A stretch of DNA of 64,000 bases, taken from the IMG/VR virus record IMGVR_UViG_3300032223_002784, positions 1-64,000 of that record, one strand, 5' to 3'. Of this stretch, positions 55,220 through 64,000 are shown in pieces. The position numbers and the translations under genes are program-made. Position 1 is the first letter of the stretch, and the number at the start of each line of letters is the position of its first letter. This DNA is from a virus. The notes beneath the pieces were generated by a model that was not told the origin of the DNA, made no database searches, and saw nothing but the letters and a program-made list of their open reading frames with translations.

Positions 55220-58200
55220 TGCGGTACCGCCTTTACCTTTGTATGAGTAACAGTAGATCCATTTTTAGTGGTCTTTTTTTCATGAGTTGCAAGTGTCTTT
55301 AATAGTTTATCATGAACTGCTTTAGCGGTAGCTGCAGCATTAGCACCAGCCTGTACGTTTACATGTACAGTTGTAGAAGCTCCGCCAGCTGCTGGAGCAC
55401 CACTCAAAATTGGCATCTTTGCAACACTTAAAATTTTCTTATCTATAACTTTTACATTATTAGCAATTGCGTCAGTCAATGTTCCAAGTGCCTCTGAGAA
55501 GACATCTGTTCTGGCTTGAATTGTATCAATTTGTTCTTGTGCTTTTGCATCTTTAGTCCCAGCATTAAAATCTACTGTGGCTCCCGCTGCCTGCTGCTTA
55601 AGCATTGCAGCTTGCAAGAAGTTTCCAGATATGAGTGCTTCTTTTGCTTGATTTGCAAGATCTTGTCTTTGTTGATCATAATCAAATTGACGTTTCTTTT
55701 CAGCAGTTACTTTTTGCTCTGCTGCAAGTTGATCTTTAAGTCCTTTAAGAATTTTATTTTCAGCACCAACTCTTGCTTCCAAAATCTTTTTGACTTTCTT
55801 TTCTTCTGCAGTTCCTGCAAATGGAGCTGATGCTGCTGCAGATGCTGCTGCTGTTTTTGCGTCTGCTGCTGCTTTTGCTTTTGCGTCTGCTGCTGCTTGA
55901 GCTGCTGCTGCTTTTGCTGCATCTGAGTTGTATTTAGCAATTTGAGCAGCAAGGGTTGCCATTGCTTTTGGATCTTTAATTAATTTAGTTAAAGCTAATT
56001 TATCCAAATTCTTAATGAGTCCATCTGCTTCTGCAGTTGCAATCATCATGGATTTTCCAGTGTCCCCAACTACCGAATTAATTGTTGTAAATCTTTTAGC
56101 AAGATCTGTTTGTCCCATTTCATTAAGTTTTGCTGCAAGTAGTGTTCCAGATGTATATGCATCTAACCCACTTTTATCTAAGGCGTTCATTGATGCTATT
56201 AATGTCTTGGCAGTTGCATTTCCATCAATCATGCTTGTTCCTACTGTGCCAAATCCGTCAGCTAAATTCTTTTGTTCCTTATTTAAATCTTTATAGGTTT
56301 TTATAAAACCACGATTTATACTCCAAGAAGTGTTTGTAGCACCTGCTGCTGCAACTAGTTTACTCAACAATGTTTGTTGTGCAGTTCCAGCATCTTTTGT
56401 TGCGGGAATAATTTCTTTTAATGCTGCTTTAAGATACTGTGTTTTCCCAGCATATTGAAGCATTGCAGCAACCATCTTTTGAACACCTTTTGGATCCATG
56501 CCTGCTGCTACTTGTGCTGCAGCAAATTGCTTAATTGTTCCAACAACAGAGCCAACACTCTTATAGCCTTTAATTGCATCTGCAGTTTTCTTCATTGGAT
56601 CATCTTTTCCAAGTTTTCCAATTGCTTGTGATGCTGCTTGAATTTCAGTTAATGTTTTTTGAGATGTAATTCCAGCTTGCTTTATATCTTCTGTGAAATG
56701 AATTACTCTATCTGTAGGAGGCTTTAATGATCCCCCGAATGCGGTTATTGCTGCTGCACTTGCAGTAAATGATGCTTGTGCAATTGCTTGATGTTCTTTC
56801 TCGGCCTTCATTAATGCGCCAATACCACCCGTTACAAGGCCTAGTGCAGCTCCTGCTGCTGCTCCCCAAGGTCCGAACATCATTCCCATTCCAGCCATGC
56901 TAGAAACGCTGCTAGTAATATTAGAAATATTTGAGCCCTTTGGTAATTGGCTGGCAATCATTTGACCGCCCATCATTAATCCACCAGACAAGGCCATCTT
57001 TGACTGAATGCCAAGTTTTCCTTCTGGGGTCATTACTTTGCCCTTTATTTTTCCTAAAAGCCCAGTGTTTTGTGTAAACTTTCCATTTTCCATACTTGGG
57101 CCAAATGGTTCTTCTGTTGGTCCAACAGTTCCATAATTTTCAAATCCTGGAAGGGAAGTTTGAGAAACAGATTGGCTTGTTGAACGTACTTTAGGTGCAC
57201 CTTCTTTAATTCCCGTAACAACTCCATCAACTAAATTTGTCGCTGCACGTTTTGTTGCTTTTGAAGGAGATGCTGCTTCTGCTGCAATATTAATTTCAGA
57301 AACAACATTTTCTGCAGTTCTTTTTGCTACAATTTCTCCAGCATCTCTTGCGCCTTTACTTAAATTTGGACGACTCAATATTTCAGTCATGCTTTCTTCT
57401 CTTGGCCCATAAACATGTCCCATTTCCATGCCTGTAGCAGAAGTATTTGACCTTCTTTCAAATAATGCTCGTGCTGCTTGACCTAGACTAGAGAAGCCTC
57501 TTACATTTGTTGATTTAACATTTTGTATTGGCTTTCTTGCTTTTGAAGGAGTTGTCTCTGTTGGCCTATCCGTTGCAGTTTGAATAGATCCATAAACATC
57601 TGGATCTAATCCAAATACTTTTCTTATGACACCTTTATCAACATCCTTACTTATTAAATTTACTTCTTTTTCAACATCTTGACCCGCTTTTGTCCATGCC
57701 AATTTATATCTTTCATCTGCATCAGTAATATGCTTAAATGTATCATCATAATGCTTTTTAAGCTTATCGTTAAAATTCTTTACTATCCCAGAGTATTCTT
57801 CAGCTATTGGGTCAAAGCTTCCTGCTGCAACTTGAGTTTTTGAAGGTTTAATTCCTCTTGCTTCTCCAATTCTTAATGCTAAAGGACTTAGGATTTCTTC
57901 ATCCCTACCTGGGGCACCCGCACCTATTGAATTTTGGGCTCCTGATTGAAGTCTTACGGCATATTCTGGATACGTAGCAATTTTATCTCCAGATCTTCCA
58001 ATTCCCAGACCTTTAGCAAAACCTGGTAAATCTCCTTGAATCATAGCATTAATAAATGGTGCATATTTAGCTGCTTTATCCTTTGGAATAATTTTCTCAC
58101 CTGGAGTTAATAATGCAGGATAAGTATCTCCATTTCCTGTTCCAGGGACTGTTCCCCCAGAGGCAAAACCTGGAAGATGCATTTGAGTAATGATTCCTGC

Positions 58201-60129
58201 TTCTTTTGCAATTAATCCAACCTCTGTGCTTGCACCCATTGTAGATACAAGACCTTCCATACTAATAGTTAAATTCTTAATTGCTTGATTTAATAGATCA
58301 ACAGAATCAACATCATTCATTATTCCTTTACTAAATAAATCTGCAGCTTGTGTTGAAGCAATTACTTCTGGAGTAAACAATTGTTTTAATGTTGTTCCGC
58401 CCGTGATTAATTGTTTAAAGCTAAATACTGTCTTTATAATATATCCTAGGAAGTTAGCCATAAGACCAGTTAACATAATTACTGGTCCCGCCAAAGCTGT
58501 TCCAATTGCTGCAATTCCAAGGATTGATTTAATTGGGCCTGGAAGTCCAGCAAATGCTTTACTGATAGAGTTTGCAAAGCCCATTAATGCTGTGGCAATT
58601 TCAAGAATCTTTTGTCCTACTGGAATTAAATCAGCCTTAAATGTTTCCATAGCTCTTTGATATTTTCCAGTTACTGACTCTGTAGCAGTTTTCATTTCAG
58701 AGTTTGCTACACCAGCAAGCTGTGCACTATTTGCATTCATTAAATCAAAAGCAGTTTTAGTCTGGCTATTCGCAGCACCTAAGTTTGTAATAAGTGCTTG
58801 AATTCTTGCTTCTTGGAACTTACCAAAAAGCTTTTCAATTAATTGTGATTGAGCAAGTGGAGCAAGTCCTTTAAGTGCCTGTTGTAAAGACATAATCATC
58901 TTAACAGGATTGCCCTTGTTTTCTGTAGCAATAGATCCTACATCAATGTTAAATGCAGCAAATGCTTTCTTTGCTGCTACGGTTGGATTGATAAGTGATG
59001 CAATTGCAGATTTAATAGCGTTAGCAGATTGAGCTGCTGGAACTCCCGCTTCTTTCATGGCAACCATCATTACAGCAGTATCCTTGAATGAGCCTCCAAG
59101 TTGTTCAACAATTGGCCCAACTTTTGGTATACCTGCTGCTAAATCTTGTAAGCTTGTTGAGGTTTGGTTTTCTACGGCGTTTAAGAAATTTACAGCATCA
59201 GATAATTGATTTGTATTAAGCTTATAAACATTTTGCAAAGAAATAGTTGTATTCATAGCATCTTGAGTGCTTAATTCACCAAGCTTTGAAAGTCTCATAG
59301 CTTCTCTGGTCGCTGTTATAAGATCCACGCCAGTTTTACCTGTAGCAGCAAGGTCAGCTGCCATAGACGCTGTATCTTTTACTGCAATACCCATAGATGA
59401 TGCAAGTTCTTTTGCAAGACCGAGTGTCTGTTGTTTAATTGCATCAAGTGCTTGCTTTGAAGGCTGTTGTAAGCCTGTTCCATAAACTTTTTGAAGTCTT
59501 ACAATTTGATCATTTACATCTTTAAAAACACTTGCTGCTTGTTGACCAAATAGCATAAGTGGAACTGACATACCAACAGTTAGCTGACGACCAGCCCACT
59601 GAGTATTTTTACCCCAGTTAATTAAAGACTTAGAACCTTCTTGTACCGCTAAATTATAAATATTTTGTTCATTAGCTGCAATCTTTGTAGCATTTGTTAC
59701 TTCATTAATTCTTGTTGGAGTAAATACAGAATAGAATCCCTGTTTTGTAGGATCAGCAGTAATTACAGAATTTTGAAGCTTTGTTTGTTCTAATGCGAGA
59801 GCTTTAACGTTTGACATTGCAGTACCAGATTGCTGTCTGATAATACTATAATATTGTCCTAGTGATAGCTTTCCGTTCTGAAGTGCCTGCCCAAATTTTT
59901 CAGTTTCTGTTCTTAACTGGACAGTTTGTTGGGTAAACTGACCCGTTGAAAGCATTGTATTTTTAAATGCAGCTGATGCTGAATTTAAGTCTTTTGTTAA
60001 ACTAGTACCTAGTCCAACTCCAGCAACGCTTTTATTTAATGCGTCTACTTGTAGCTGAAGAGCCTTGATGCTTGAATTTATAGATGTAAAGTCGCCAAGT
60101 GCGACTATATTAAGTTCTACTCTTGCCAT
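55216..60129 (-). CDS. tape measure protein
   Basis: 1637 aa, Ala-rich helical; NWGKNTQWAGRQL, TP901-type core, FASGG-x-VPG...PALLTPGE. Confidence 0.92.
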   Translation of the reverse strand: MARVELNIVALGDFTSINSSIKALQLQVDALNKSVAGVGLGTSLTKDLNSASAAFKNTMLSTGQFTQQTVQLRTETEKFGQALQNGKLSLGQYYSIIRQQSGTAMSNVKALALEQTKLQNSVITADPTKQGFYSVFTPTRINEVTNATKIAANEQNIYNLAVQEGSKSLINWGKNTQWAGRQLTVGMSVPLMLFGQQAASVFKDVNDQIVRLQKVYGTGLQQPSKQALDAIKQQTLGLAKELASSMGIAVKDTASMAADLAATGKTGVDLITATREAMRLSKLGELSTQDAMNTTISLQNVYKLNTNQLSDAVNFLNAVENQTSTSLQDLAAGIPKVGPIVEQLGGSFKDTAVMMVAMKEAGVPAAQSANAIKSAIASLINPTVAAKKAFAAFNIDVGSIATENKGNPVKMIMSLQQALKGLAPLAQSQLIEKLFGKFQEARIQALITNLGAANSQTKTAFDLMNANSAQLAGVANSEMKTATESVTGKYQRAMETFKADLIPVGQKILEIATALMGFANSISKAFAGLPGPIKSILGIAAIGTALAGPVIMLTGLMANFLGYIIKTVFSFKQLITGGTTLKQLFTPEVIASTQAADLFSKGIMNDVDSVDLLNQAIKNLTISMEGLVSTMGASTEVGLIAKEAGIITQMHLPGFASGGTVPGTGNGDTYPALLTPGEKIIPKDKAAKYAPFINAMIQGDLPGFAKGLGIGRSGDKIATYPEYAVRLQSGAQNSIGAGAPGRDEEILSPLALRIGEARGIKPSKTQVAAGSFDPIAEEYSGIVKNFNDKLKKHYDDTFKHITDADERYKLAWTKAGQDVEKEVNLISKDVDKGVIRKVFGLDPDVYGSIQTATDRPTETTPSKARKPIQNVKSTNVRGFSSLGQAARALFERRSNTSATGMEMGHVYGPREESMTEILSRPNLSKGARDAGEIVAKRTAENVVSEINIAAEAASPSKATKRAATNLVDGVVTGIKEGAPKVRSTSQSVSQTSLPGFENYGTVGPTEEPFGPSMENGKFTQNTGLLGKIKGKVMTPEGKLGIQSKMALSGGLMMGGQMIASQLPKGSNISNITSSVSSMAGMGMMFGPWGAAAGAALGLVTGGIGALMKAEKEHQAIAQASFTASAAAITAFGGSLKPPTDRVIHFTEDIKQAGITSQKTLTEIQAASQAIGKLGKDDPMKKTADAIKGYKSVGSVVGTIKQFAAAQVAAGMDPKGVQKMVAAMLQYAGKTQYLKAALKEIIPATKDAGTAQQTLLSKLVAAAGATNTSWSINRGFIKTYKDLNKEQKNLADGFGTVGTSMIDGNATAKTLIASMNALDKSGLDAYTSGTLLAAKLNEMGQTDLAKRFTTINSVVGDTGKSMMIATAEADGLIKNLDKLALTKLIKDPKAMATLAAQIAKYNSDAAKAAAAQAAADAKAKAAADAKTAAASAAASAPFAGTAEEKKVKKILEARVGAENKILKGLKDQLAAEQKVTAEKKRQFDYDQQRQDLANQAKEALISGNFLQAAMLKQQAAGATVDFNAGTKDAKAQEQIDTIQARTDVFSEALGTLTDAIANNVKVIDKKILSVAKMPILSGAPAAGGASTTVHVNVQAGANAAATAKAVHDKLLKTLATHEKKTTKNGSTVTHTKVKAVPQ

Positions 60130-60132
60130 TCA

Positions 60133-60450
60133 TCACCCCTCCATTTGCATAAAGCCAAGTCCTTCATTAATTCCAAAGCCTTCACTTGATGCAACATTAC
60201 TACTCTTTAATTCTGTAATATCATTTGGCGTTTCATCTTCTTCAATGTCAACACCATTTACAGCAGCAGTAAATCTTTTGTCATCATTGTCTTTCTTTCT
60301 AAGTGCCTCTATAATTACTATAAGCTCTTCTAAAGAAAGACTGCTTTCTAATTCGTCAAAGTTTTTCCAATGACCAAGTAGAAATACTTCGGACTCCAAG
60401 GAGCGTAGGTCTAGTTCGTCCCAACTAGTGCCGCTCCCAGAAGGTTTGGG
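60133..60450 (-). CDS. tail assembly chaperone, frameshift-extended C-terminal part (gpT-like)
   Basis: -1 frame is open from the slippery site through WDELDLRSLESEVFLLGHWKNF. Confidence 0.8.
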   Translation of the reverse strand, partial: PKPSGSGTSWDELDLRSLESEVFLLGHWKNFDELESSLSLEELIVIIEALRKKDNDDKRFTAAVNGVDIEEDETPNDITELKSSNVASSEGFGINEGLGFMQMEG

Positions 60451-60746
60451 TCTGTCAACTTCAAACCACCGCAGATTTCAAGAATCTTCATCATGGTAGG
60501 GACTTCAATAATTTCTTCAAACTTATCTTTATCTACAGATAGTTCAGGGCGTAGTGTTTCTAAGCAGACCATTGCTGCTTTGATAAAAATGTCCATAGCA
60601 ATATCTTCAGATGAGTTTTCCTCAAGATCCATTTCTCTAATTACAGTCATGAATTTTCTTAATTGCTTTATAGGTAGGGGTTTCAGAGTCAGTACTGACC
60701 CATCAACTAGTTCAATCTCTAATACATCATATATTGTCGTTGCCAA
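60411..60746 (-). CDS. tail assembly chaperone (gpG-like)
   Basis: Lies between the major tail and tape measure genes; LKPLPIKQLRKFM. Confidence 0.85.
   Translation of the reverse strand: MATTIYDVLEIELVDGSVLTLKPLPIKQLRKFMTVIREMDLEENSSEDIAMDIFIKAAMVCLETLRPELSVDKDKFEEIIEVPTMMKILEICGGLKLTDPNLLGAALVGTN
60444..60450 (-). other. -1 programmed ribosomal frameshift site C CCA AAC
   Basis: XXXYYYZ heptamer in the correct frame near the end of gpG. Confidence 0.8.
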
Positions 60747-60802
60747 TTTATAGCTCCTTTTGTTAGTTAAATTATACCAATAAATTGAGCATATACAAAT
60801 TC

Positions 60803-60830
60803 AAAGACCCCGCCTTTTATTGACGGGGCC
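60803..60830 (-). terminator. probable terminator after the major tail gene
   Basis: GCCCCGTC-AATAAAA-GGCGGGGT followed by CTTT. Confidence 0.6.
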
Positions 60831-60862
60831 CCTGAGTACAATATTAAATTGTTATTAAGTTT

Positions 60863-61654
60863 TTAGTAAGCACCGTATACACGGTCAATAACGACACCAT
60901 ATTCCATACCTGAGTATGCTGGATCGCTATCTGGTAAGCAACGGAAGTTCACTGGGAACACTGTTGCTGCATCACGCTTAAGCGCATGCATTGTTGTATC
61001 AATAGAAACAACACGACGTGCAACATATACACGCTCTTTTTGACGAGCAACTGAAGTAGTTGAACCTATACCTACTGTTACTCCTGCATCTGCTGTAGTT
61101 ACTGAAGCACCAATCTGTGCTGGAGCTTGTCCAACTGCAACTAGAGTGCGCTCTACTGGAGCATCTCCCAATGCACCTGCAGCCATTTTTAATGTTGCTG
61201 CTGGAGAATCTACTGATGTGTAAATAGTAGAATCGTTAGGAATCAAGGTTGTAACTGCTTGAACAGCGGTTCCAGATGAGTTTGTTCCATATACATAGTC
61301 AAGTTGACCCCATGAAAGTTGAAGATTCTCAAGAGTTGCCTCTGTAAGTTCTGTCTTAAGCATAACCTTTAGAGATTGCTTAAATAGACGAGCTGCGTCA
61401 AGAAGCTGATCTACTGCTACTTCGCCGTATGAAGGTTCGTAAGAAACTTCAAATCCTGTTGCTGTATATCCAACCTCACGGAATAGATTAGATGCAAGAA
61501 GACCTGAGCGAGCTGATGTTGTATTATTTGATCCGAACAATGTTGTTAGGTCAGATGCTTTTGTAGTTGGGCGTTGCTGATCGTTTGAGCTGTTTCCAAC
61601 GCTAACGAAAATAGATGCTGCACCAACAATAATATTTTTTGTATTTGTAGCCAT
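60863..61654 (-). CDS. major tail protein
   Basis: NIIVGAA, VGYT-x2-G, P-x-YGEV-x-VDQLLD, EATLENL, FPVNFRCLP; position in the tail module. Confidence 0.88.
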   Translation of the reverse strand: MATNTKNIIVGAASIFVSVGNSSNDQQRPTTKASDLTTLFGSNNTTSARSGLLASNLFREVGYTATGFEVSYEPSYGEVAVDQLLDAARLFKQSLKVMLKTELTEATLENLQLSWGQLDYVYGTNSSGTAVQAVTTLIPNDSTIYTSVDSPAATLKMAAGALGDAPVERTLVAVGQAPAQIGASVTTADAGVTVGIGSTTSVARQKERVYVARRVVSIDTTMHALKRDAATVFPVNFRCLPDSDPAYSGMEYGVVIDRVYGAY

Positions 61655-61754
61655 TTTTTTTATTTCACCACCTTATTTATTTTTAGATTAAAAAAAAGAT
61701 GACATTTTACTTCCTCATAGAAAATCATATCATCAATGTCTAATAAATCAAAGT

Positions 61755-62270
61755 TTAAGCATATCTTCCAGTAATTGGGTCTAGGTCTCTGACATAGGCA
61801 TATGAGATTGAAATATCTCCACTCATAAACCCGCCTTCATCTGTAAAAGATTGAACTGGGTCTGCAGAGTCTAGCCTAAAATACATAAACTTAAATGGGC
61901 TATTTGGGGTCAATTGAACATTTATATCCCCCGCTGATTGATCATATCTTCTGAATAGATCAACTAAAAAGTTGGTAATTGCTTGTATTTGAGCACCATT
62001 TCTTGAAATAATTTCAAGCATAATTACTTCCTCAGACATCCACCAGCTAACACCTGTTTGTTTTTGCTGAATATCATATGTGAAATATGGTTTTCCAGGC
62101 AATAGGTTGTTCATTTCTGGTATTTGCTGTGCTGGAAAAATTGGTATTAATGCATCTGTAAATCCATCTGCAAAATAATCACTTGCTTTAAAAAGTCCTG
62201 CATTTTGTAGTTCTAGCCATATTGCATTTATAACATCCCTAGAAGCTACTTTTGTGTAGTCTGGAGTCAT
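61755..62270 (-). CDS. tail terminator-like protein
   Basis: Directly upstream of the major tail gene; PIFPAQQIPE. Confidence 0.6.
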   Translation of the reverse strand: MTPDYTKVASRDVINAIWLELQNAGLFKASDYFADGFTDALIPIFPAQQIPEMNNLLPGKPYFTYDIQQKQTGVSWWMSEEVIMLEIISRNGAQIQAITNFLVDLFRRYDQSAGDINVQLTPNSPFKFMYFRLDSADPVQSFTDEGGFMSGDISISYAYVRDLDPITGRYA

Positions 62271-62986
62271 GATATCACATCCATTCCGCCACTAATACTG
62301 TTGGCAATTTTTGCTACTGCTGTTTTTACTTGTGAAACTTTTTGTCCATTTGTGCTTAAAACTAATGATACATCATTTGCTATTTTTTCATATACTCCAG
62401 ATGAATCCATGATGGTGTTTCCATTCCTTACATACCAATCATACATAAATGATTCAAAAGATCCTTTTGTTTGAATACCGCCTGGATGAGCTATGTTGAT
62501 GGTAGTTCCAGGTCTGATGAATACCATTCCGTTTCCGCCCATAAATGCTAAAACTCTTCTTGCAGTAAAAGAAACCATGTTTCCTGATTCCATTACACTT
62601 GCTTTATCTTTAAAAATGCTTCTTCGTGAAACGATTTTTCCAGTTCTTCCTGGGGATAATAACTCAGGGTTAATTGGAACTGGCATTTTAGATGGAAGAA
62701 ATCTTGAAGATATAATTAGATCTCCACCAATTACGGACGAACGTTCTAAAACAAACAATCTTTTTGTTGAGTTTCCAATTGAGCCCCATTCATAAACATG
62801 GTGCATTTTCTTAGGATTTCTTCTAGCATAGTTGTCTGCTGCCTTCATAAATCTTTCACCAGTAATAGCAAATGTTGCTTTTCCAAGTTCTTCTAAAACT
62901 GATGGGGATGTTAAAGCTTTGACTCCCGCCAATTTATTTTGAACTTCTTCCATAAGTTGCTTAGTATCAATTTGAAGTTGGATCAT
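62267..62986 (-). CDS. neck/tail-completion protein
   Basis: HHVYEW-x3-G...RLF, F-x2-KA-x-VME-x-G; position in the module. Confidence 0.55.
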   Translation of the reverse strand: MIQLQIDTKQLMEEVQNKLAGVKALTSPSVLEELGKATFAITGERFMKAADNYARRNPKKMHHVYEWGSIGNSTKRLFVLERSSVIGGDLIISSRFLPSKMPVPINPELLSPGRTGKIVSRRSIFKDKASVMESGNMVSFTARRVLAFMGGNGMVFIRPGTTINIAHPGGIQTKGSFESFMYDWYVRNGNTIMDSSGVYEKIANDVSLVLSTNGQKVSQVKTAVAKIANSISGGMDVIS

Positions 62987-63419
62987 TATCCTGCACCTGT
63001 ACTCTTAGCAAGGTAGACTCATAATAAGATATCTTGCCAAATGGGTCAAGAACTGCATGTGCTGCAGTAATTTCAAATATTGTATCTGGAGTATCAATTT
63101 GATCAGTTTCAATAAATACTTGTTTGCCATCGCTTGAACGAATATTTTCTATTCTCCAACGCTTTGAAAGTAACTCTAGACCTTTTAATTTAAGCTGAAC
63201 CTTTTCAGAATATTCTCCTTCTTGGCCTTTTCCAAAAATTTTATTGTCAGATCTTGACGAAGATCCACCAACTTTAATAGGTTCTATTTTGCAATTAATT
63301 GTCTTGTAATATACCCATTCTCTGACAATAGCACCAGTTGATGGGTCTTGGCGATTTTGTTGCTTATACACATCAGCCTTCATGTTCATGACAGAGGCTA
63401 TGAAGGATGAATTAAACAT
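62967..63419 (-). CDS. head-to-tail stopper (head closure) protein
   Basis: MKADVY-x-Q...G-x-IVREW; position in the module. Confidence 0.65.
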   Translation of the reverse strand: MFNSSFIASVMNMKADVYKQQNRQDPSTGAIVREWVYYKTINCKIEPIKVGGSSSRSDNKIFGKGQEGEYSEKVQLKLKGLELLSKRWRIENIRSSDGKQVFIETDQIDTPDTIFEITAAHAVLDPFGKISYYESTLLRVQVQDNDPTSN

Positions 63420-64000
63420 TAGATTATCACGATATTCATATTGCGGTATTGATCAAGAATATTATCAACTGTAATATTCCCTGTGCCATTGAATGCACCT
63501 TTAGCCATTTCAAATGAAATTTCGCTAAGATCAACTTTTTGCAAATATTTATTTCTCCAATTATAATCATTTGAAAGAATATCTTGAATAAGCAGCATTG
63601 AAGCTAGCTTGATGTCTTCTGGAATATACTTATATCCTATTTGACCAGTAAAACTATATCTTGAGCCATCTCTGAAGCGTCCATAATAGAGCACAGTAGG
63701 GTCTATCTGGTTGTCATATCTTAAATCCCAACCTGGGTATGTGATTCTAATCTGCTTGCCTGTAGGGCTAACCTCAAGCGGGAAACCAAAAGTATTGTAG
63801 ATTGGAGATACTGTATTATCAATAATAAGAATATCGTTTTCATAAACTTTATCAATCGTCAATACTCTTTCAGTCATTTCACAAGCATCTGAGCCCATTC
63901 CTACAACTTCTTGTGAGCCATAGTATGTATAAAATTTAATGCCCGTATATCCATTAATAATTGTTCTTGCTACTTTTTCAGCACTGACAATATCTTTGGG
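63419..64000 (-). CDS. head-to-tail adaptor (5' end outside the window)
   Basis: Frame open to the window edge; AEKVARTIINGYTG, GYKYIPEDIKLA, TGN-x2-VD-x-IL-x2-Y. Confidence 0.75.
   Translation of the reverse strand, partial: PKDIVSAEKVARTIINGYTGIKFYTYYGSQEVVGMGSDACEMTERVLTIDKVYENDILIIDNTVSPIYNTFGFPLEVSPTGKQIRITYPGWDLRYDNQIDPTVLYYGRFRDGSRYSFTGQIGYKYIPEDIKLASMLLIQDILSNDYNWRNKYLQKVDLSEISFEMAKGAFNGTGNITVDNILDQYRNMNIVII

Noticed and set aside
1-64000. Alternative genetic code or prophage state
   Set aside because: Genes are intact under code 11 and use all three stops; no suppressor tRNA, integrase or host flank is visible.

Overview
A 64-kb slice of a large, low-GC (mid-30s %, estimated by eye) siphovirus-type phage genome. 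The host is very probably an actinobacterium: the window has WhiB, a DnaE-type polymerase, many leaderless genes and SigA-type promoters with 18-bp spacers. Gene order resembles the large Streptomyces BE/BK-type phages, and the low GC would fit a freshwater actinobacterial host (inference). Almost everything is on the minus strand. From right to left: head-tail connectors, major tail protein, tail chaperones with a -1 frameshift, tape measure, and three very large S/T-rich tail proteins; two glycosyltransferases; a holin candidate; a replication/recombination block (DnaB, primase, gp32-like SSB, DnaE, RecA, Cas4-like nuclease, RuvC); a sugar/methyl modification block; terminase; six tRNAs; a stress/proteostasis set (Hsp20, Dps, GroES, WhiB, thioredoxin, HslV-like protease, PnuC-like, pyrimidine-dimer glycosylase); and small accessory genes. 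These converge on a repeat-rich 635-bp non-coding region at about 1-1.6 kb. The most unusual signals are: a mucin-like Thr-rich tail protein next to a GT60-like polypeptide GlcNAc-transferase; a strand-polarised GCGGG motif about once per kb; proteins built of modules separated by [ILVM]-x-K sites; several unexplained structured RNAs; and a deleted radical-SAM gene remnant. All calls come from reading motifs by eye, with no database searches.
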